Assembly: GCA_048884965.1 (NCBI GenBank)
Contig: JBHLQH010000030.1
Location: forward strand, 1-45,899
Length of the DNA: 45,899 bases
Reading direction: 5' to 3'
From: Candidatus Thorarchaeota archaeon
GTDB lineage: Archaea; Asgardarchaeota; Thorarchaeia; Thorarchaeales; Thorarchaeaceae
The notes below the pieces were generated by a model. That model was not told where the DNA came from. It was given only the letters and a program-made list of their open reading frames with translations, and did no database searches. Both the position numbers and the translations under genes were made by a program. Below are positions 26,200 through 33,837 of this stretch, in pieces (position 1 is the stretch's first letter; each line of letters opens with the position of its first letter).

Positions 26200-27495
26200 C
26201 TATACACCCAAATCGTCTCTCAGTGGTTCAGTTCTTCGCGGATCAAATCCCAATTGATGTCGTACATCACGTACAATCTCTCTAGCCAGTCGTATATCCT
26301 CATAGCTTATCTTGCATGCTTCATGTGCCAATCCAAGAGCAACTGGATATCCATAGTATCGTGCATCCCTAGAGATGAACTCAAGATTGGCGAAGAGTTG
26401 CTTTTCGTTCTCTCTTGTGGAAATAGGATCATTGGGAACGAATATATTCTCTCTCCACCATATCCTATCAAAATCAATCCTTGAAGGTCGGTTGTCTCTC
26501 GAGAAGCTGAACAGATAGGGCACAGCTAAGACAGGGGGGATGTAGGTCCGATCTTCATAAATGTGTAATCCTCCTCCAGGTTCGTGCTTGCTTGGGAGCA
26601 AGCAAAACCACTTCTCATTCTTCCCAAACTTGTCCTCAGCCATTTTCGCTATCCTATGTGCGAATGGAATTGTGTGGTTCTTACTCACTGCAGCTAGGAT
26701 TATACCATTCTTCCTAGCAATGCTGCATAGCTCCCTCAGCATGAATCCGCTTGGCATTGAGGGATATTTTCGCACGAAATGCAGGAATACTGACAGTGCA
26801 CCATCAATAAGAACGAATTTTGGCTTCAGTCCGCTGGTTAGTACATCCTTTATTGCAGCATATTCCTTTACGGTACGTAACTCATCATGCACTATTGGAT
26901 TTGTGAGGAGCTGTTCGCGGGATATCAAATCCTCAACCGATTTCAAATCCTTTACATATTTGCCATACTCGATGGATTTCCCAAGATCAGAGGTAGTGTT
27001 TATGCTTCCATTGGTATGGTCTCTAAAGAAAGGGAGGACGATTTCGGAAATATCAGCAAGGGGATAGATATTCTCTAGGGACTCTGCCAGCTTCTTCTTG
27101 GAATCCCCACGAACACCCGAATGCCAATGAAGATCCAAATTTGGTTGTTCACCAATCTCAGCCTCAATCACAGAACGTTCTACTGGCTCGAGTAACCGAC
27201 CAGTTTGCGTCCCTGTATTCAGGATTATCGTTGCAGAGCTAAGTAAGTGAACGCGAATGTCATCCAGAGTCGTCAAATTAGAGTTTCCAGAACCATCAAC
27301 TGCGGCAATACTGAAATCTTTCTCAAGTACCACATTGGCTGGATAGCAGTCCACCCTTTCAAGAAGCTCTTCTTTAATCCTGAGCTCGTCTTTTGCAAAC
27401 TCCTCCTCGTCTCTTCGATCCTGTTGGTTCTGAATGTCCTTGAAAGTAAACTCAAGTTTTCTTCGAAACTTCTCTGTGAGGATTTTTTCGAGCAT
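26200..27495 (-). CDS. nurA: NurA 5'-3' nuclease
   Basis: 'AAVDGS', 'LIDGAL', 'AVSK', 'GYPVALGLAH..CKI'; first gene of the nurA-herA-mre11-rad50 operon. Confidence 0.9.
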   Translation of the reverse strand: MLEKILTEKFRRKLEFTFKDIQNQQDRRDEEEFAKDELRIKEELLERVDCYPANVVLEKDFSIAAVDGSGNSNLTTLDDIRVHLLSSATIILNTGTQTGRLLEPVERSVIEAEIGEQPNLDLHWHSGVRGDSKKKLAESLENIYPLADISEIVLPFFRDHTNGSINTTSDLGKSIEYGKYVKDLKSVEDLISREQLLTNPIVHDELRTVKEYAAIKDVLTSGLKPKFVLIDGALSVFLHFVRKYPSMPSGFMLRELCSIARKNGIILAAVSKNHTIPFAHRIAKMAEDKFGKNEKWFCLLPSKHEPGGGLHIYEDRTYIPPVLAVPYLFSFSRDNRPSRIDFDRIWWRENIFVPNDPISTRENEKQLFANLEFISRDARYYGYPVALGLAHEACKISYEDIRLAREIVRDVRHQLGFDPRRTEPLRDDLGV

Positions 27496-27517
27496 TATAC
27501 CCCTCTTCTATCAGGCT

Positions 27518-27570
27518 TTGTTTGCAAACAAGGGTGCGCTTCATATCTGCATACAGATTGTATAATAAAA
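27518..27570 (-). promoter_or_regulatory. Promoter of the nurA operon with a perfect 14-bp palindrome
   Basis: TTGTTTGCAAACAA at 27518-27531; TATA-like TTTTATTATA on the minus strand at 27570-27561. Confidence 0.5.
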
Positions 27571-27774
27571 ACCTAGCACTCGGCTATGCAGAGAGAGGAA
27601 AGGAACAGAGAAACGGCGCCAGTTTTCTCCATATTCTCTGGTTTTCTTCATAGTGAGCAAAAAGGAACTCAGGGGTATCAATGGCAAATTTGTTTTTAAG
27701 AAACGAATCAAGGAAGTGTCCAATAGCGCATATCTGACTTAATGTTGTCAGACGGGACTAAGGGAAGTGGTTCA

Positions 27775-28470
27775 TTGCTAAAGATGACTTACATGGGTCA
27801 TACCACATTTAGATTGGAAACTAACGAAGTATCTCTGCTAATCAACCCAGGTATATGGGACGATAAGCCAGTTGTTCCAGCGGATCATGACGTACGAGTC
27901 ATTGTAGCTACGAATCACGCCAGCGACTCGCTAGGCAATGCTACAGACATTGCTACGAAAGCAAAAGCATGGATACTGGGAAATGAAGCAACGATACAGA
28001 AAGCAGGTGCTCAGGGCGGAAAAGCTTGGCTCCTTCACACGTTGCGTTCCGAAGTTCCATATGAAATTCCAGGAATGAGGCTTACACCCTTCTCGCTTCA
28101 AAGAAAAGACCTTGAAACGGGTGGACGATATGAGAACCTTGGTCTCTATATCGAAATGGGGAAGATGAAAGTTGCATATCTTGGAGACACGGTAGTAAGA
28201 GGGCCATTTGGGCAACTTGAAACTGACATCATGATCATTCCAATCGGAGGAAATGATGTTTTCGAAGTAAAGGACGCTACAAGTCTGTGCATTGACGCAC
28301 AGCCGAGAATCGCGATACCAATACGATGGTCATCACCTGATCAACCCAACAAATTTGCTAGATATATTGATCAGTTTGGCCGTGGTACGAATCCCTTGAT
28401 TCTAGAAACAGGACAAGTGCTACAGACTGAATGGGCTGCTGGAAACGAGTTCAGATACAAGATAGAATGA
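27775..28470 (+). CDS. MBL-fold (UPF0173-like) protein with degenerate metal site
   Basis: 'MTYMGH..F', 'LGDT', 'IPIGG', 'P..AIPI'. HxHxDH is replaced by NHASDS. Confidence 0.8.
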   Translation: MLKMTYMGHTTFRLETNEVSLLINPGIWDDKPVVPADHDVRVIVATNHASDSLGNATDIATKAKAWILGNEATIQKAGAQGGKAWLLHTLRSEVPYEIPGMRLTPFSLQRKDLETGGRYENLGLYIEMGKMKVAYLGDTVVRGPFGQLETDIMIIPIGGNDVFEVKDATSLCIDAQPRIAIPIRWSSPDQPNKFARYIDQFGRGTNPLILETGQVLQTEWAAGNEFRYKIE

Positions 28471-28539
28471 ACTCACAATATCCCGAAGACCTGGAGAAAG
28501 ACAACTGGGTAAAGCATTGGAATTAGAAGGTGACTGCTG

Positions 28540-30321
28540 TTGAGCGAACACAAATCGATTGTAATTGATCTGGAAGAATCTGAGAAGACAAATCTCAATG
28601 AGTTTGGGGAACTGGTGAACGTCAGTACCTCATGCAAATTGAGTGTTAATAACGTGTCAGAACGGTGTAGAATCTGGAATGTAAAGGTCCTGATTCCTGA
28701 TGGACGAGAAGGTACGAACCTCCATGAGGATGCACTTGTCGCAGGCGAAGTCGAAGTAGGAGGCAAGTGGGAGCATCCCTATACAGTCGACGTGGCCGCA
28801 CCAATAGTCACACTCACTGAAACCTATGATACTTGCGGGGATTATGCAACTGATACCCCCCACTGGGCATATATCCATGGAAAGGAAACCCAAGTTAGAG
28901 TCACACTTGTATTGAAGAATGAAACAGATGGACAGCTAGAAAATGTTATCCTCAATAAAACGATTCCACCAGAGCTCACAAACGTATCAATTCATAGTGT
29001 GAAATCAGGTACTGCTGAGTTCGATGAAGGTACCAGACAAGTAGTGTGGAAAGATCTAGTCATCTATCCTCATGAGGATTCCACTCTAGTGCTTACAGGT
29101 ACTAGCAATGTAGAAGATGTTGAAATAAAAAATGCAGGAGAAATAGTCGTCACCTACAGAGGCGAAAATCAGCAAAGATCCTCTCTCAGTCCAGATATGA
29201 CCGCTCTAACAGAATTCCTGACAGGCATTGAAACTGCAGAAACCGAACCAAACGAGTGGGAGTGTACACTTGAGTGCTCCAATGAGAGTGATCTCATGGT
29301 ACGCCTTGATTCCGCAGAGGTCTATCTGATTCCAGAAGAGGGTGGAGAGAAAGAGAAGAGAATCGATGAGAGCCCTGGACTAGAGATGATTCCAGGAAAG
29401 GAATGGACTTCGAAGTTTGATGTAAGCAGCAAATCACCACCCAAGTGCACTCAGGAAGTCATCTATACTCCAATGAATAAGATAGCTTCGCGCATTCTGG
29501 GAACAATAGAGAAAGCTGGGCAACCCATCCCTGTAGCTCATATAACCTACGTGAAGGAGTTCGACCCCCCTGAAGTCAATAGCTTCGATAAGACTCCAGT
29601 AGAAGTCAATATCGAGGTGAAGAATGCAGGTACAGCTCGTTTCAATTCAATCAAGATTGTGGATAATCTGCCGGATGATGTGATGCCTCCAAAAACAGAA
29701 CACATCTCGTTATGGGTAAGAGGATCAGAGTACACAGGAGAGTTTTCTGTAACTGTGGATCCTGATGATCAAAATCCAGAAACCGCTCACACAATGACCT
29801 TTGAGATAAGAAATCTCAAGGATGCTGGTGGAGAGCTTGCACCCGGTGAGGTGATAAAGATTAACTACGCAATTATGGCTTGGAGGAATAGACCAGAGAA
29901 GGAATATCCCAGTCCTATACAGATCTATGCCAATACATTTCCAGAAGGCGATACTGCTGATGCAATCAGCGAAGAAGATACTCACAAGCTTGGAATTATG
30001 TACAAGAAGCGAAGGATATCAGCCAAGAAAGCCATTAACAAAGGAGCTGGAGCTGGTGATTATGTCATCATGCTCGTGGTTGAGAACAAGGGAGAAGTAA
30101 CTGTTGAGAATGTCAAGGTTACCGATTGGATTCCTTCCGGGTTCGAGTATGTTTCAACCGATCCTCCTGAAGAAGAACCAACAATTAGGGCTGTATCAGA
30201 TGGTTCGAATATGGTCTGGTCGTGGACCAGAATGAACCCAGGTGATCAAAAGAAACTGAGGGTTTCCGTACGTGGTGAAGGCGATTACGAGCGCAGAGAA
30301 CCAGAGGTCGAAACCGATTAG
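28540..30321 (+). CDS. Acidic cytoplasmic multi-beta-sandwich protein (DUF11/mu-homology-like)
   Basis: Repeated 'V...L.V.N.G.....NV...D.IP' units; no signal peptide or TM helix; AGGTGA SD before the TTG start. Confidence 0.75.
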   Translation: MSEHKSIVIDLEESEKTNLNEFGELVNVSTSCKLSVNNVSERCRIWNVKVLIPDGREGTNLHEDALVAGEVEVGGKWEHPYTVDVAAPIVTLTETYDTCGDYATDTPHWAYIHGKETQVRVTLVLKNETDGQLENVILNKTIPPELTNVSIHSVKSGTAEFDEGTRQVVWKDLVIYPHEDSTLVLTGTSNVEDVEIKNAGEIVVTYRGENQQRSSLSPDMTALTEFLTGIETAETEPNEWECTLECSNESDLMVRLDSAEVYLIPEEGGEKEKRIDESPGLEMIPGKEWTSKFDVSSKSPPKCTQEVIYTPMNKIASRILGTIEKAGQPIPVAHITYVKEFDPPEVNSFDKTPVEVNIEVKNAGTARFNSIKIVDNLPDDVMPPKTEHISLWVRGSEYTGEFSVTVDPDDQNPETAHTMTFEIRNLKDAGGELAPGEVIKINYAIMAWRNRPEKEYPSPIQIYANTFPEGDTADAISEEDTHKLGIMYKKRRISAKKAINKGAGAGDYVIMLVVENKGEVTVENVKVTDWIPSGFEYVSTDPPEEEPTIRAVSDGSNMVWSWTRMNPGDQKKLRVSVRGEGDYERREPEVETD

Positions 30322-30329
30322 TAAATGAT

Positions 30330-30366
30330 GAAGGGGAATTTCACCCCTTCGCCATCTCTTTTTATT
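30330..30366 (+). terminator. Hairpin with T-tract terminator
   Basis: GAAGGGG-aatttca-CCCCTTC followed by TCTCTTTTTT. Confidence 0.65.
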
Positions 30367-30378
30367 CAATAAAACAAA

Positions 30379-30720
30379 CTACTCTTCTTTTTCAATTTCT
30401 TCAAGTTCTTCAGAAATCTGTTTCAATTCTTCATCAATTACTTCTAATGGCACATAATCGCCTATCTCATCAGCGGGATGTGTGGCAAGTGCGTAGATGA
30501 CCTTGAAACCAGAAAGCGTTTCATGAAGCGCATTAGCGATTTCTAGGATGGAACTTGTAAGATCTGAATCACTCATTTCGCTATCAGATTCATGATGATA
30601 AACGAAATCATAAGCTCCCATAACAAGAGTGAATCCCATTTCCAGTAATTTATTGATGACAACAGCAGGAGATGCTCCTTCACTGTTAAACCAAATTGAT
30701 ACACGAGTCACATATGACAT
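30379..30720 (-). CDS. Conserved archaeal hypothetical protein (SEGASP family)
   Basis: 'I.FNSEGASP..V...L...GF....GAYDFVY...I.E....LHETL.G..V.Y.L.T' pattern recalled from uncharacterized archaeal proteins; GAGGT SD. Confidence 0.75.
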   Translation of the reverse strand: MSYVTRVSIWFNSEGASPAVVINKLLEMGFTLVMGAYDFVYHHESDSEMSDSDLTSSILEIANALHETLSGFKVIYALATHPADEIGDYVPLEVIDEELKQISEELEEIEKEE

Positions 30721-30790
30721 GATTGCAGACCTCATTTCGGATTGAGGGGACGCCTCAAGCTTACGCTATAAGGCTTTTCTAATAATCAAC

Positions 30791-31882
30791 CTATCTATCA
30801 GCATGAATCAAAGATGAAATTTCCTCATGCTGCAAAATGTGTTCCCACCGGTGTCTGCAGCCACAGCTCAGATTGTTGAACTCGTCTAGTTTCTGTGAGA
30901 GAGAGAATCTCCTGATTGCATTGGTTATATCTGGGTCGCATTTCCCACAATTATGTACCCCTCTTTGTTTCCCAGAGGCGACAGGGTCGCATACTATATT
31001 GATCGCAGAGGAAAGTGAATTGCGACTTTGTTTCAGAACCTCAACAAGGCTCCAGAGCCATGGAGGCCTGTAGTCGCCGCGTTCCCATAGGCGTTCGACG
31101 AGCGTGAACTTCTGTACATTAACAGGGTTCACGGATACTGTTGAAACTCCTAGAAACTCACATTCCTGAATCGTTCGCGTAGCATCTTCAATGGCGTTTT
31201 TCTCTGATAGAAATGGAGGCTTTAGCAGGATGTATGCGCGTATCCCGATAGCATACTCCTTTGCGATTGAAACGGCATTCTGAAACTCCTGCAGCGTAAA
31301 GCCCTTGTTGATGCAGAGATCTCGAATCGAATCATTGCTGCTTTCAAGACCAATCCCAATCTCGATTCTTCTATTCCCAAGACTTTCGCGTAGATTTCCC
31401 ATATTCTCAGGTGTCACATATTCTGGACGGGATTCAATTACAACCTCGGCGATCCGATCATCTTTGGATAGGATGTCAAGAATTCTGTTTCGTACCTCTA
31501 CTGGAACTTCTTCTTTATCCAGGAAACTACCGCTTGTATAGAGTTTCACTGAGAGCGGGCTCTCCTTGTCATCGATTTTTGTCATAGCATATTGGAATTG
31601 CTTCAGCAGTTGGTCGGAGCTGGGTGCTTTCTCTGTTCCATCCAGTAAATAGGAACACATCGTGCAACCTCCAGAATCACCTCTTGCATGACCACAACCC
31701 ACTGTAGTGAGAACGATTGAAAGTGCGGCGCCTTGGGAAGAGCCAATAATCGAAGTAGTGACCCATGCTGCAGCAGGCCTTGAAAGGTCCTTACTTTTTC
31801 TTCGCTTTATAGAGTCCCTTCTAGCTCTATTCGTTTCTCTCAGAATGGACTCATGAAGTGAGGGGATGAACTCATTAACCAT
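30791..31882 (-). CDS. raSEA: Archaeosine biosynthesis radical SAM protein RaSEA
   Basis: 'GCGHARGDSGGCTMCSY', 'KLYTSGSFLD..EVP', 'ESRPEYV', 'YRPPWLWS', 'RGVHNCGKCD'; adjacent to arcS. Confidence 0.92.
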   Translation of the reverse strand: MVNEFIPSLHESILRETNRARRDSIKRRKSKDLSRPAAAWVTTSIIGSSQGAALSIVLTTVGCGHARGDSGGCTMCSYLLDGTEKAPSSDQLLKQFQYAMTKIDDKESPLSVKLYTSGSFLDKEEVPVEVRNRILDILSKDDRIAEVVIESRPEYVTPENMGNLRESLGNRRIEIGIGLESSNDSIRDLCINKGFTLQEFQNAVSIAKEYAIGIRAYILLKPPFLSEKNAIEDATRTIQECEFLGVSTVSVNPVNVQKFTLVERLWERGDYRPPWLWSLVEVLKQSRNSLSSAINIVCDPVASGKQRGVHNCGKCDPDITNAIRRFSLSQKLDEFNNLSCGCRHRWEHILQHEEISSLIHADR

Positions 31883-31883
31883 A

Positions 31884-33827
31884 TTATGACCGCTCCTTAT
31901 GTCGAACCTTTACTGCCAAACCATTTGTGAAGTCGCACATCTCGTTTCCAGACATCTCACTCCGTCCAACACCAATGACAACTCCTTCATTGCTTAGTAT
32001 CGTAACTTCATCTCCAGGACGGATAGCAGGATCAGCGGACTTCACACCGATTGCGAAAATCGAGCTTCCATCAATCTGAGCACCTTCAAATCGCACCCAG
32101 TATCGATTTAGCGATGCAATACGCTTTCCACCCTCAAGGGTCAAAGAGATACTACCGTTCGTTCCCGAGTACAGACAAGTCTGCTCTTTATCGACGCGGC
32201 ATATTATCGAGCCATAGACCTTTCCGCCCACCTTGGCATTAGCAGGCACTAATAGCTGTCCTGCTCCTTTCCCAAACATGAAATCAGCTGTTGAACGCAA
32301 GGTACTCTCTAATGCAGTGCGTTTGGCAGGAGGGGCGAAGCGGTCACTTAGATCCGAAAGAGTGTCACCTAGAGCTGCAAGAGATTCACGACTCGTAGCA
32401 GGTGCATCATGGGTTGTGTAGATGAGTGACTGCCTAATACGATCTTCAGCCATTCGTACCACATCGAGATAGCCACCAGAAACATGAGCAATGACAACAA
32501 CAGTTTCATCGAACTTGGAAAGATAGGACACAAGAGCATCTGCAGCAATGGATGTCTCTTCGAAATCCCATTGCCCAGTTACAGGGATGTCATAATATCC
32601 AGGAGGATAGATTCTTTCTAGGTCTCTAGGCACTATGCCTAGAGGCGAGGTGATTATGGTTTCAGCTATTATGTCCCGTTTGTTGCCTAGAGTCCGTTCC
32701 AACACATCCGAGAACTTTCGATGCGATTTAGAGTCTGAGTAGGGTTTTCGCGCGGAGCAAGGCAGTAACAAAACGATCCTCTTCTCAGGATCAGGAAAAT
32801 ACCTCTTCTCAACATTTTCCCTATATCGACTTACTACGGGAGCATAGTATGATTCAGGACCAATAAAGGGAACCTTTGTGTCAGCATGAGTGGGAGTGAA
32901 CTCTTCAATGAACGAATAGAGCATAGTATCTACTCTACGTAAGAAGGAAGCTGATTCCGGACTAGCATGAGTCATAGATTCGACCAGCCACCTCAACCTA
33001 CCCAAAGAAGCCGAATGAATAGAAGAGGAAAGGATCTGTTTGTAAATGCCCGCATTATGGTTCCGTAGAACATCAAGGACATGTCCTGCTGAAGAATCCT
33101 TTTGCAAATCCTGACAGTGAACACACTGACAAAAACGGGGGTTTCCCTTCGGATTCATAGTTTCAGAGTCTAGTCCCCAGAGTCGTTCAGATACACTAGC
33201 TGCTTCGAAAGCAAGGCCCATGTCAATGATATCAAATCCAAGATAGTACAAGAGAGGAATGATGGATGGAGGAATTCGACCTAACGCGATACAAATCCAA
33301 TTGCGAGGTAATTGCGCACGGATAAGAAGGTTATTCATATCTGCAGGACCAAGTTGCCCATTGAAAGTGAATGACACAATAGAAACGCCTGCTTTTCGAC
33401 TCTCTTGGATAATCTCAGGAAGGTCATCCAGACTCAGACTAGAAGGAATTCGTACGACAGCTGCAGAAGGGTCCAATTTGCTGTCTGAGAGAGAAGCAAA
33501 TTGAGATTTGATCATGTTGACTGCTGTCGAAGAGGGCAGAGATGCAATACCTAGTAGTGAGGGAAGGAGATAGAGTGATTTCTCGAAAGATGAAAATCCA
33601 GTAAGCGATTCTTCCTTCAGAATTGTACCAGTGGAACAAAGAAGGAATTCCCTGTTGAGTCCTTGATTGGTTTGTATGTCACAATACTTCATCTGCGCAT
33701 AGACAGATTGGCTTGGACCAAGAAGTATTGGCGTTTCAATGGCATCTGATTCAAATTGTATCTTCCCTCTTCTAGCAGGACCATCATGCCCTTTCCCTAT
33801 CATGAATCGTACCATTATTAGCACCAT
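31884..33827 (-). CDS. arcS: Archaeosine synthase subunit alpha (TGT-like, DUF5591 and PUA domains)
   Basis: 'HDGPARRG', Zn site 'CQCVHC...HN', 'LLPCSARKPYSDSKSH', 'TSPLGIVPRDLE', 'YDIPVTG.W', C-terminal PUA domain. Confidence 0.92.
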   Translation of the reverse strand: MVLIMVRFMIGKGHDGPARRGKIQFESDAIETPILLGPSQSVYAQMKYCDIQTNQGLNREFLLCSTGTILKEESLTGFSSFEKSLYLLPSLLGIASLPSSTAVNMIKSQFASLSDSKLDPSAAVVRIPSSLSLDDLPEIIQESRKAGVSIVSFTFNGQLGPADMNNLLIRAQLPRNWICIALGRIPPSIIPLLYYLGFDIIDMGLAFEAASVSERLWGLDSETMNPKGNPRFCQCVHCQDLQKDSSAGHVLDVLRNHNAGIYKQILSSSIHSASLGRLRWLVESMTHASPESASFLRRVDTMLYSFIEEFTPTHADTKVPFIGPESYYAPVVSRYRENVEKRYFPDPEKRIVLLLPCSARKPYSDSKSHRKFSDVLERTLGNKRDIIAETIITSPLGIVPRDLERIYPPGYYDIPVTGQWDFEETSIAADALVSYLSKFDETVVVIAHVSGGYLDVVRMAEDRIRQSLIYTTHDAPATSRESLAALGDTLSDLSDRFAPPAKRTALESTLRSTADFMFGKGAGQLLVPANAKVGGKVYGSIICRVDKEQTCLYSGTNGSISLTLEGGKRIASLNRYWVRFEGAQIDGSSIFAIGVKSADPAIRPGDEVTILSNEGVVIGVGRSEMSGNEMCDFTNGLAVKVRHKERS

Positions 33828-33837
33828 CTTTCCTTCA

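Noticed and set aside
21016-27495. HerA plus nuclease and SMC as an anti-phage defence system
   Set aside because: The gene set and motifs match the canonical archaeal nurA-herA-mre11-rad50 repair operon.
27541-27723. 60-aa ORF in the nurA/MBL divergent region
   Set aside because: It overlaps the predicted promoter and palindrome region and has no recognisable features.
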